Of a DNA stretch of 64,000 bases, positions 9,950-21,220 are shown one piece after another. Position numbers and translations under genes: made by a program. Position 1 is the stretch's first letter. Each line of letters begins with the position of its first letter. The stretch is from contig CALMIS010000275.1 of NCBI GenBank assembly GCA_937864185.1, positions 13,125 through 77,124 on the forward strand. The letters are read 5' to 3'. Origin of the DNA: an uncultured Chloroflexota bacterium (lineage in GTDB: Bacteria; Chloroflexota; Anaerolineae; 4572-78; J111). The notes under the pieces were generated by a model that worked only from the letters and a program-made list of their open reading frames with translations, had not been told where the DNA came from and did not search any database.

Positions 9950-11266
9950 ATGATTGATCGCAAGCAGCAAATTGAGGAAATTCAAAGCAGTTGGGATAAC
10001 GACCCACGCTGGCAAGGTATTAAGCGCAATTATACCGCTGAAGATGTTGAAGCATTACGCGGTTCTGTTCAAATCGAATATACTTTAGCGCGTATGGGCG
10101 CTAATCGCCTGTGGGAACTGCTTCACACGGAAGATTATGTCCATGCTCTGGGGGCGCTGTCCGGCAACCAGGCGATGCAGATGGTGAAAGCTGGGCTGAA
10201 AGCCATTTACTTGAGTGGCTGGCAGGTCGCGGCCGATGCCAACCTGGCGGCCCAGATGTATCCTGATCAAAGCCTGTACCCGGCCAACAGTGCTCCGGCC
10301 TTGGTCAAGCGGATTAACAATACCTTTCAGCGGGCCGACCAGATTCACCATTCCGAAGGCAAGAATGGAACTTACTGGTTTGCCCCTATCGTGGCCGATG
10401 CTGAGGCCGGCTTCGGCGGGCCGCTCAACGCTTTTGAGTTGATGAAGTCCATGATCGAAGCTGGGGCTGCCGGTGTTCATTATGAGGACCAGTTGGCTTC
10501 AGAGAAGAAGTGCGGCCACATGGGCGGCAAGGTCTTGGTTCCCACCCGGCAGTTCATCAACATTCTCAACTCAGCTCGCCTGGCCGCGGACGTAATGGGC
10601 GTGCCCACGGTTTTGGTGGCGCGGACCGATGCCGACAGCGCTAAACTTCTAACCAGCGATGTCGATCCCTACGACCATCCCTATCTGACCGGTGAGCGCT
10701 CATCCGAAGGCTTTTTCTGGGTCAAGGCCGGTCTGGAAGCGGCCATCGCCCGCGGTCTGGCCTACGCTCCCTACGCGGATCTGGTCTGGTGCGAAACCTC
10801 AACGCCCAATCTCGACGATGCTCGCAAGTTCGCCGAAGCTATTCACGCCAAGTTCCCCGGCAAGATGCTGGCTTACAACTGCTCGCCTTCCTTTAACTGG
10901 AAAAAGAATCTGGATGAAGCCACCATTGCTAAGTTCCAGCGGGAGTTGGGAGCTATGGGCTACAAGTTCCAGTTCATCACCCTGGCCGGCTTCCATGTCC
11001 TCAATTATTCCATGTTCGAACTGGCTTTGGCTTACAGCGCCCGCGATATGGCCGCCTACGTTGAACTTCAAGAACAAGAGTTTGCCGCTGAGAGCAAGGG
11101 TTACACCGCCGCCAAGCATCAGCGCGAAGTTGGGGCTGGCTACTTTGACTTGGTGACGACAGTTGTTACCGGCGGTGAGGCCTCCACCACGGCTCTCACC
11201 GGTTCAACCGAGGAAGCTCAATTTGAGGCCGGTCAAGAGCCGGCTCTGGCAGGCAGCAGTCACTAA
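9950..11266 (+). CDS. aceA: isocitrate lyase
   Basis: 438-aa ORF with the ICL signature KKCGHMGGK and matching overall length and organisation. GGGGGTGA SD upstream. Confidence 0.95.
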   Translation: MIDRKQQIEEIQSSWDNDPRWQGIKRNYTAEDVEALRGSVQIEYTLARMGANRLWELLHTEDYVHALGALSGNQAMQMVKAGLKAIYLSGWQVAADANLAAQMYPDQSLYPANSAPALVKRINNTFQRADQIHHSEGKNGTYWFAPIVADAEAGFGGPLNAFELMKSMIEAGAAGVHYEDQLASEKKCGHMGGKVLVPTRQFINILNSARLAADVMGVPTVLVARTDADSAKLLTSDVDPYDHPYLTGERSSEGFFWVKAGLEAAIARGLAYAPYADLVWCETSTPNLDDARKFAEAIHAKFPGKMLAYNCSPSFNWKKNLDEATIAKFQRELGAMGYKFQFITLAGFHVLNYSMFELALAYSARDMAAYVELQEQEFAAESKGYTAAKHQREVGAGYFDLVTTVVTGGEASTTALTGSTEEAQFEAGQEPALAGSSH

Positions 11267-11286
11267 GCCGCAGACACATTTTAACT

Positions 11287-11323
11287 AAAAAGCCTGACCG
11301 GTAGCTTGCCGGTCAGGCTTTTT
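11287..11323. terminator. bidirectional intrinsic terminator between aceA and the convergent phosphatase gene
   Basis: Perfect 11-bp stem AGCCTGACCGG / CCGGTCAGGCT (11291-11301 / 11309-11319), flanked by AAAA upstream and TTTT downstream. Confidence 0.85.
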
Positions 11324-11345
11324 CAATTAATCCAAAGGTTGGCAG

Positions 11346-12107
11346 TTAATGCTGCCCGTGTTGGGCACTGAACCAGGTCGGTTTGGCGCCCATGACCCCG
11401 CCCAAGTGAGAAACATCATTGAGCAGTAGCATCCGGTAGTTATATTCAACCGCCTCACTACTGCTCTGAAAGCCGAGCATGCGAAACATTTCGCGCTCAT
11501 TCTCTTCATCAAGGGCCGGCGAAACTTTAGCCTGAAGTTGGACCAAATTAACCGAAGCGTTGTCAAAGGCAAAAGTGCGCCAGCCGCGTTCCTCAATGCC
11601 CAGCCAGGTCCGCACGCAAGTATTCATTGTCCCACCGTGCATCACAACGGCCACCGCGCTTCCCTCTGCCATACGATTGATAATCTCATCCATCGCGGCT
11701 CGAATCCGCTCTTTGAAGGCGCGCTCGCCTTCCTCACCGGGCAGAGGCTCCCAAAACTCATTGAGCTGCCAAGCCGTCCAGACTGCCGGATACTGCGTTT
11801 TGATCTCCTCTCGAGTTAGACCACTCACCGGGCCAAAATTGTACTCTCTCAACCGCTCGTCATACCGGACCGGTAGGCCCAGTACGGCGCCGATAATTTC
11901 GGCGGTGACGGCGGCGCGGGCCAGCGGGCTGGTGACAATTTCCTGAATCGAGTCTTCTTCGGCCAGCCGCTCGGCTAAACGGGCGGCTTGCCGGCGGCCC
12001 CGGTTGGTAAGCGGATAATCATCCCAGCCCTGGATGCGGCCCTCTAGATTGCCTTCAGACTCGCCGTGTCGTATAAGCCATAGATATTTACTCATGGGTT
12101 TTTTCAC
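11346..12107 (-). CDS. histidine phosphatase family protein (phosphoglycerate mutase-like)
   Basis: N-terminal LIRHGESEGN (RHG catalytic motif) and a downstream HGG motif. 253 aa. Confidence 0.8.
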   Translation of the reverse strand: MKKPMSKYLWLIRHGESEGNLEGRIQGWDDYPLTNRGRRQAARLAERLAEEDSIQEIVTSPLARAAVTAEIIGAVLGLPVRYDERLREYNFGPVSGLTREEIKTQYPAVWTAWQLNEFWEPLPGEEGERAFKERIRAAMDEIINRMAEGSAVAVVMHGGTMNTCVRTWLGIEERGWRTFAFDNASVNLVQLQAKVSPALDEENEREMFRMLGFQSSSEAVEYNYRMLLLNDVSHLGGVMGAKPTWFSAQHGQH

Positions 12108-12134
12108 CTATCGTTAGTGTGACTGACTTTGTTA

Positions 12135-12512
12135 CTATGAATGAGCGGCTTGATAGCATGCCAGGCAAATCCGGATATTGCGATGAATATCGTGGTAATG
12201 TTCTGGCGGGTACAGTTTGCCGCACTGATCGCACACTTTGGGCTTGAACAGACCGTAAGGTTCAGCGGCAAAGCATTTTGCATAGTTGAGACAGGCCCTC
12301 ACCTCATTCTCAATCCACGTTGTGGGCCGATATGCCCCGGCCGCGATCGCCGGCAGATTTCGCTCGAAACAGTCGTGGCAAATACGGTAGTTGTTTGAAG
12401 TGTTGTGGAAATGATTCATGTTGATCAGAACCCCACACTCGTTGCACTCCGGCCGCTCCTTGAGCCAGAAGTTCAAACATTGTGAGGCTCGATCACATAC
12501 CTGGGTTGTCAT
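12135..12512 (-). CDS. hypothetical protein with two tandem CxxC...CxxC zinc-ribbon-like repeats
   Basis: 125 aa. Repeat 1 is CNECGVLINMNHFHNTSNNYRICHDCF and repeat 2 is CDQCGKLYPPEHYHDIHRNIRICLACY. No family recognised. Confidence 0.6.
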   Translation of the reverse strand: MTTQVCDRASQCLNFWLKERPECNECGVLINMNHFHNTSNNYRICHDCFERNLPAIAAGAYRPTTWIENEVRACLNYAKCFAAEPYGLFKPKVCDQCGKLYPPEHYHDIHRNIRICLACYQAAHS

Positions 12513-12543
12513 AAAACCTCTCCCTTCCGAATAATATCCATAA

Positions 12544-12831
12544 TTATTTGTGGCGCAATGACCAGCCCGAAAGCTGGATCACTGCGATGATCCCGCCCCA
12601 AACTGCCCCGAGCGCGATGGCCGTGGTCTGCTCGATATCGTCATCGGCTCGCCCGACAATAGCTCCGCCAATGGCCCAAACAACGGCCCAAACAATCACA
12701 TCAACAACTTTAGGCCGTGGCCAGCTCCGGCCAATCAGGTAGACCAGCGCGAGCATAATGATTACGCCTAGCAGAGCACTTGCTAGCGTCAGCAAGGTCG
12801 GCCCATCAAGATTGAACAAGATTGGGCTCAT
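12544..12831 (-). CDS. small integral membrane protein (about 3 TM helices)
   Basis: Hydrophobic 95-aa ORF. The ATG at 12831 overlaps the TGA of the upstream gene (ATGA), which suggests translational coupling. Confidence 0.55.
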   Translation of the reverse strand: MSPILFNLDGPTLLTLASALLGVIIMLALVYLIGRSWPRPKVVDVIVWAVVWAIGGAIVGRADDDIEQTTAIALGAVWGGIIAVIQLSGWSLRHK

Positions 12832-13421
12832 AGCGACCACCCTAAATCAGCGGCGTGAGCCACGCTCTCATGCTCAAGCGTAACCATCCACAAGTACCAA
12901 CCGGCCGGCTGGGTCAGTTTTAGGCCGGTGGGCAAGCGCCATTCATGATTTCGGGTACGCTGGAGCGTATCCGGCGAGAGTAGCGTTGGTTGAGTAAAAA
13001 AACTGTGCAACGCGGTCGCCGTATGGAGGGCCAGCTCCTTGATCTCGGGCCAGGGGCGGGTGGCATAAACTTGAGTCTGGTAGGCGTTGAACTCATCGAC
13101 ATTGTCAAAGCTGCGGATCTGTCCGGCCAACGGTAGGTAGCCACTCAAAGTCATGATCTGAGGCCACGGACTCCCGGTAATCATCTCTGCTGCAGCCATG
13201 ATCGTGTACCGCTCCCACTCGGCAATGTGAGCCACCAGTTGCCCCACAGTCCGGCCATCCTGCCCGACCTGGGCGGCATCATCAGCCGTCATCGAGCGGA
13301 TATGGCTCAGATAACGCATGGTCAATTCGGTGTGAAACTTGGCCAAACGAGCGTAGCGATCGTACGGTGACAGGGCGGCCAGTCTGGTGATTTGTTGATA
13401 GAACAGCTCCGGCGGTATCAT
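12828..13421 (-). CDS. DinB/ClbS-like four-helix-bundle superfamily protein (tentative)
   Basis: 197-aa ORF. The segment GQLVAHIAEWERY resembles the His-containing helix of DinB/ClbS-type proteins. First gene of a tightly spaced four-gene minus-strand operon. Confidence 0.4.
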   Translation of the reverse strand: MIPPELFYQQITRLAALSPYDRYARLAKFHTELTMRYLSHIRSMTADDAAQVGQDGRTVGQLVAHIAEWERYTIMAAAEMITGSPWPQIMTLSGYLPLAGQIRSFDNVDEFNAYQTQVYATRPWPEIKELALHTATALHSFFTQPTLLSPDTLQRTRNHEWRLPTGLKLTQPAGWYLWMVTLEHESVAHAADLGWSL

Positions 13422-13595
13422 GGCAACTCCTTTGTTAGAACGCGAGCAGTTCTATTATGCTCAACCCTGTCGGCTCTGGCAAACGGGTAAATCCACCTCC
13501 GAAAGGGTGTGTCCTAAATTTTAGGCAGACCTAGTAGGTTTTCAAAACCATGAGGTCTATCTCCAAAAAATGGGCCCCCCCTCCGAAATTGGCCC

Positions 13596-13624
13596 TTGAC
13601 CCCTCCTTGAAATTGTGATAGACT
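13596..13624 (+). promoter_or_regulatory. near-consensus extended -10 promoter
   Basis: TTGACC (13596-13601), a 17-nt spacer, then TGaTAGACT (TG at 13616-13617, -10 at 13619-13624). Confidence 0.6.
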
Positions 13625-13666
13625 GGCTACAAGTTTAAGAATCTGCCTTGAAAGGAGGTACAGTTT

Positions 13667-13744
13667 ATGAATGCCAGACCCGCTGTTCAATTTAAATATC
13701 CGTACCTCCGTGGGCAAGCTCAGGGCTATTCGCTTCCGGCTTGA
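13667..13744 (+). CDS. 25-codon mini-ORF (MNARPAVQFKYPYLRGQAQGYSLPA)
   Basis: Perfect SD AAAGGAGGT (13651-13659) lies 7 nt before the ATG. It is preceded by the promoter at 13596-13624 and followed by the terminator at 13820-13856. It is too short for the ORF track. Confidence 0.45.
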   Translation: MNARPAVQFKYPYLRGQAQGYSLPA

Positions 13745-13819
13745 TGCGTTTGAAGGCAATAATGGGCTTGAGAAGTCTAAACGCTAAAGACAAAACCGGA
13801 AAGCAGCTTGGTAAATTGC

Positions 13820-13856
13820 ATGACCACGGAAAAGGAGTCCCGCCGTGGTCATTTTG
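13820..13856 (+). terminator. intrinsic terminator after the mini-ORF
   Basis: 10-bp stem ATGACCACGG / CCGTGGTCAT (13820-13829 / 13843-13852) followed by TTTT. Confidence 0.65.
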
Positions 13857-13969
13857 ATTCTATGAGCCTGGGCCGTATGGGCCAGGCAGCGTTGGTTAAA
13901 CTTTGTTGAAACTGGCCGCGGATATTTTGTCCGTCGGCCTTTTTATTTGTAAATAAGAGGAACTAAACC

Positions 13970-14995
13970 TTGTCCGACCAAATGTTTGACTCTAACGAAG
14001 AGACAGATAAATACGAACACTACGCCGACCGGTTCGACCCGGTGCAGATAGATCGCCAGGAACGGCGTAGGCGTAAACCCCGAGTGAAGCATCAGCCGAA
14101 GAAGTCGCACCAGGACTTGTTGGCCGATGTCGCAGACTCGATCGATATTGAAGCCGGCGAGTTCAGAACTACCTACCAGCCCGCCCGGTACGAAGCCGGT
14201 TGGTTACTGGAGTCGCTGCGGCCGTTTTATGATGAGGAACTTATCACCGATGTCCTTTCGCAGGTGAAGGGTGGCAAGGAAGCGAGCGTTTATCGCTGCC
14301 AGGCTCACCCCGGCACGGGCCACGCCTTGCTGGCGGCCAAAGTTTACCGGCCACGACGTTTCCGCAACCTGCGAAACGATAAGATGTATCGAGAAGGGCG
14401 AGCTACCCTCAGCGCCGAAGGCCGCGCCATCAAAACCACCGATCACCGGATTATGCGCGCTTTAGGCAAGAAGACGGACTTTGGGGCGCAAGTACAGCAC
14501 ACCTCCTGGTTGATGTACGAATACACCACCCTACATCAGCTTTACGAGCTAGGAGCAGCCGTGCCCCAGCCGATCGCTACCAGCGAGAATGCGATTCTGA
14601 TGAAGTTTTTGGGAGATGACTGGCTGGCGGCCCCAGCTTTGAATGAGGTCAACTTGGACCCCAATGAGGCTGAAGTCCATTTTCAGGAGATTCTGCGCAA
14701 CATCGAGCTGATGCTTCAAAACGATCTCATTCACGGCGACCTCTCAGCCTACAACATTCTTTACTGGGCAGGCCAGATTACCCTGATCGACTTCCCGCAG
14801 GTGGTCAATGCGCGGACCAATCCCAAGGCTTCGTTTATCTTGGAACGAGATCTCACGCGCACTTGCGAATACTTTGCCCGGCAAGGTCTTCGGCGTGATC
14901 CACAGGTTATTTTGAGCGAGTTGTGGCACCGCTATCTGGCTCCGGATCGTCAGGAGCAACTGGCCGATGAATCGCGTCATCTGGTTGAGGCTTAA
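13970..14995 (+). CDS. RIO1-family atypical serine protein kinase/ATPase
   Basis: Motifs GGKEASVYRC (P-loop equivalent), LIHGDLSAYNIL (catalytic loop) and IDFPQ (metal-binding loop). TTG start with AAGAGGA SD. Basic N-terminal extension (RQERRRRKPRVKHQPKK). Confidence 0.85.
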   Translation: MSDQMFDSNEETDKYEHYADRFDPVQIDRQERRRRKPRVKHQPKKSHQDLLADVADSIDIEAGEFRTTYQPARYEAGWLLESLRPFYDEELITDVLSQVKGGKEASVYRCQAHPGTGHALLAAKVYRPRRFRNLRNDKMYREGRATLSAEGRAIKTTDHRIMRALGKKTDFGAQVQHTSWLMYEYTTLHQLYELGAAVPQPIATSENAILMKFLGDDWLAAPALNEVNLDPNEAEVHFQEILRNIELMLQNDLIHGDLSAYNILYWAGQITLIDFPQVVNARTNPKASFILERDLTRTCEYFARQGLRRDPQVILSELWHRYLAPDRQEQLADESRHLVEA

Positions 14996-15327
14996 TTGTC
15001 GCCCGGTTCAGGACGAGGTTGGCGCTGCTGAGACCTCATTTCCTGGAGGGGAGGGCGAGTGAGAGACCCGGCCGGCTCGGTTCGGCCATTACCGTTGGCC
15101 GTAACCGGCCGGCCGGTGAGCTCATCGATCTTTGACTTAAGGTGAAAGACCTCGCGGCTGGTGGCGCTTTGTTGGGCTTCCCAATCTTGCCGGAGAATGC
15201 CCAGCCGGTTGTTGATACCATCGAGTTGCTGGTTAAGAGTTTTTGTCTGATAAGTGGTGATCCAGACCATTAAGAGAGCCGTTATGCCGAAGACAAAAGC
15301 GACTCCTGTCATCACTATCTCCCACAT
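14992..15327 (-). CDS. single-pass membrane protein with coiled-coil segment and Pro/Gln/Arg-rich tail, unknown function
   Basis: 111 aa. TM helix GVAFVFGITALLMVWITTY. SD AAAGGAGA lies 5 nt before the ATG. It is monocistronic because it converges on the RIO kinase gene with a 4-bp overlap. Confidence 0.65.
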   Translation of the reverse strand: MWEIVMTGVAFVFGITALLMVWITTYQTKTLNQQLDGINNRLGILRQDWEAQQSATSREVFHLKSKIDELTGRPVTANGNGRTEPAGSLTRPPLQEMRSQQRQPRPEPGDN

Positions 15328-15349
15328 GATTGTCTCCTTTGAGCCAAAT

Positions 15350-15378
15350 AAAAAAGCGGCCTGTTACTTCGAGGCCGC
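15350..15378 (-). terminator. intrinsic terminator forming the putative riboswitch expression platform
   Basis: Minus-strand GCGGCCT-N9-AGGCCGC followed by TTTTTT, ending 22 nt upstream of the ATG of the 111-aa ORF. Confidence 0.65.
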
Positions 15379-15464
15379 TGATACGATCAACTCGCTCCCT
15401 AACGAGTTGTAAACACACCTATTGGCACAGGCTCGGCCCCTCTTTCCACGAAGTGAACTCGAAC

Positions 15465-15662
15465 TAGGCTAAGGCGGGTGATCGGACTTTCGTTCAACAG
15501 GCAATGAATGACCAACAAAATCTGTTAATCACTCATTGTTAATTATTGATTAAACGATTACCGTTGCGGGACAGTGCCGGACTCCCTATCGCTGGACAGG
15601 TCACCGGGCTTTCCCCCTCGCGCGCCGCACGTCCGGGTGACAGGCGCACCTTTGCCTACCGT
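15465..15662 (-). promoter_or_regulatory. candidate cobalamin (B12) riboswitch aptamer
   Basis: The minus strand reads GGTGCGCC...GAGGGGGAAAGCCCGGTGA...GTCCGGCACTGTCCCGCAACGGTAA. A B12-box-like AAGTCCGATCACCCGCC sits at 15473-15489. These match the conserved core strings of the class as I recall them, for example in the E. coli btuB leader. No covariance model was run. Confidence 0.6.
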
Positions 15663-15680
15663 TTTTCGGTTTGACCGTTA

Positions 15681-15709
15681 AGTATAGGCGAAGGGTAAAT
15701 TGTTGTCAA
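15681..15709 (-). promoter_or_regulatory. near-consensus sigma70 promoter driving the riboswitch leader
   Basis: Minus-strand TTGACA (15709-15704), a 17-nt spacer and TATACT (15686-15681), about 20 nt upstream of the aptamer 5' end. Confidence 0.65.
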
Positions 15710-15924
15710 ATTTTTATAAATCCTGTTATAACAATTAGTTAGAGGAGCATTTACGGAGAGGGGCCTGGGTCGTGTATAATTAACTAAGGCGAGGAGGCAA
15801 CTATCCGGCTTCCTCGCATCTTTATGTTCCGCGCCGTCATACGAAAAACGCTCAGAGTCGCTAAGGTTTTTTCTTGGCGTGTCTTCGCGTCCTTAGTGGA
15901 TCAGTAATTTTTTGGAGGAATCAA

Positions 15925-19611
<3,687 letters not shown>

Positions 19612-19652
19612 GCCGTAAGTATGTAGTAACCGCTTTAGCAGTCTAATATGAG

Positions 19653-19829
19653 CTATAATTTTTCTGTCTGTTGCTCTTCGCCTGGTCGCATGCTGATCAA
19701 GATTTCAGTGATGGTCACGACCGAGATAGCCACAGCTTCTCCTGAAGTTAGTTGGTGAGCCAAAAAATTAAGCGCAGGCTGATGACCGTGAAAATGGTCA
19801 ATGAGAACGTCAGTGTCAATCAGTTTCAT
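19653..19829 (-). pseudogene. truncated PIN-domain (VapC-like) toxin remnant
   Basis: 58-codon ORF MKLIDTDVLIDHFHGHQPALNFL...SVVTITEILISMRPGEEQQTEKL*. It has the N-terminal PIN acidic motif (DTDVLID) but stops at less than half of normal PIN length. No intact antitoxin ORF lies upstream. Confidence 0.55.
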
Positions 19830-19958
19830 CGGGCCACGCCGTTAGCGCGTTTAACCGCTGACCTTTACGAACCTCATCCATATAGGCCACCCCGTCAACG
19901 GCTAAATCTGCTCGGCCACGCTGTGGCGCAGTGACTATTGGGGGTTGACTTGGGGCTG

Positions 19959-19967
19959 TGGTAAAAT
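19959..19967 (+). promoter_or_regulatory. extended -10 promoter element upstream of the vapB-like gene
   Basis: TGgTAAAAT lies about 40 nt upstream of the ATG at 20008. The -35 is only weak (TTGGGG, 18-nt spacer). Confidence 0.4.
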
Positions 19968-20007
19968 ATCTGCGTAGACAAGCAACGACTTATTGGGAGT
20001 AAAACTA

Positions 20008-20406
20008 ATGTCTAAGCCGGCCATGACTCAAGAAAAGCGCATCCATCTCTCTCAGGAACAGGCGCAGCGGCTGAGCGCCCTAGCCCAGTCGCGCCAAATG
20101 AGCGAAGACCAAATCATCGAGAAGGCGCTGAATATCATCTTTAACCTGGCAGAGATCATCGAAGCAGGTCAATTTTGGCAGAAGATTGACCGGATCAATG
20201 ATTACCCTGATTTGTCTAAGACCGGAACGAAGCCGACTCATCTCAAAGAGCGCCAAGCGGAATATCAGTTCAAGCAGGCGTTAGTCGATCTGGGACTGCT
20301 TGAAGAAATCCGGGATGTTGCTTCAATATCCACGATTGATGCATCGGCCCCTATGCCGGTCAGCGGTAAACCTCTGTCAGAATTAATTATCGAGGAACGT
20401 CGTTGA
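20008..20406 (+). CDS. antitoxin-like protein (ribbon-helix-helix type N-terminus) of a VapBC-type module
   Basis: KRIHLSQEQAQRLSALAQSRQMSEDQIIEKAL resembles a CopG/RHH fold. Its stop codon directly abuts the GTG of the downstream PIN gene. GGGAG SD upstream. Confidence 0.6.
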   Translation: MSKPAMTQEKRIHLSQEQAQRLSALAQSRQMSEDQIIEKALNIIFNLAEIIEAGQFWQKIDRINDYPDLSKTGTKPTHLKERQAEYQFKQALVDLGLLEEIRDVASISTIDASAPMPVSGKPLSELIIEERR

Positions 20407-20871
20407 GTGGCTGTTTTCTACCTGGATACTAGCGCCCTGGTTAAACGCTACGCCTCAGAGAAAGGCTCCAATTGGGTCATCACTCTGACCGATCCCCCCG
20501 CGGGTCACGACATTTTCATCAACCGCCTGGCCGGACCGGAAATGATTGCTGCTATCTTTCGCAAGATGCGAATGGGCGAGCTTTCTGGCCCAGAAGCCTC
20601 ACAGTTGGCCCAGACCTTTCGATCTGATTGGCAAATCCGCTATCAAATTTTAGGGGTGACTAGCGCCATTGCTGAGCAAGCTATGCACTTGGCTGAAAGT
20701 CACGGCTTACGTGGGTATGATGCCGTTCATCTAGCCACTGCGTTAGCCTTGCAACAAATTCGGCAATCAGCGGGATGGTCGCCTCTTACTTTTGTCTCCG
20801 CTGATAATGACCAACTGCTGGCAGCTCAGGCGGAAGCTCTACCCACCGAAAACCCAAATAGTTACTCGTAG
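20407..20871 (+). CDS. PIN-domain toxin (VapC family)
   Basis: FYLDTSALVKRY (first acidic residue), GYDAVHLATALAL and FVSADNDQL motifs. 154 aa. Confidence 0.8.
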   Translation: MAVFYLDTSALVKRYASEKGSNWVITLTDPPAGHDIFINRLAGPEMIAAIFRKMRMGELSGPEASQLAQTFRSDWQIRYQILGVTSAIAEQAMHLAESHGLRGYDAVHLATALALQQIRQSAGWSPLTFVSADNDQLLAAQAEALPTENPNSYS

Positions 20872-21220
20872 ACTCGCTGAAAGGCTCGCCCACCTGGGAT
20901 GAATTTAGCCAAGTGACGTGGGAAGCGATTGAGGCTGGGGCTAAGGCTAATCAACCTGGTTTTAAAACAGTCATGCGTCGATGAAGGTGACAAAACAATG
21001 CTGCGTCAAGTTCCGCTGACAGATTTTCTATCGTTAAGCAGCTATGCGCCGGCCCATACGCCGAACGTCGTTCCGGCTACCACCATCAAGCCGCCCCATT
21101 TCGCACCGTTGGCTGCCTGAGCAATTCGACTCCTAAGAGTGACTGATCAAAACAAGAGCAAAGTCAATGTCTAATCTGGGTGGACGGCTATAGCCGTTAC
21201 TACGAACTAATAGGGTTGCA

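Noticed and set aside
13541-13554. The 14-nt string AGGTTTTCAAAACC is shared with the terminator at 49439-49452, which could suggest a dispersed element.
   Set aside because: By rough estimate, a single shared 14-mer within 64 kb on both strands is within chance expectation. The flanking sequences are unrelated.
13514-13759. 81-aa minus-strand ORF from the track.
   Set aside because: It spans the plus-strand promoter, SD and mini-ORF. It has no SD and a low-complexity sequence. The plus-strand signals explain the region better.
15781-15924. Possible SAH or SAM riboswitch in the metH 5' leader (hairpin GCGAGGAGG...CTTCCTCGC, GCGCC box).
   Set aside because: The spacing and the conserved SAH-element strings as I recall them (GAGGAGCGC...AGGCUCGG...ACGGCGCUCAC) do not line up. 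I can support only a generic hairpin. A covariance-model scan would be needed to revisit this.
20872-21220. Track ORF 20929-21120 (63 aa), an internal 40-codon ORF with a GGTGA SD, and a short open frame ...TWDEFSQVTWEAIEAGAKANQPGF just after vapC.
   Set aside because: No recognisable motif, weak signals and an odd composition. They may be gene remnants in the accessory patch, but I cannot support a call.
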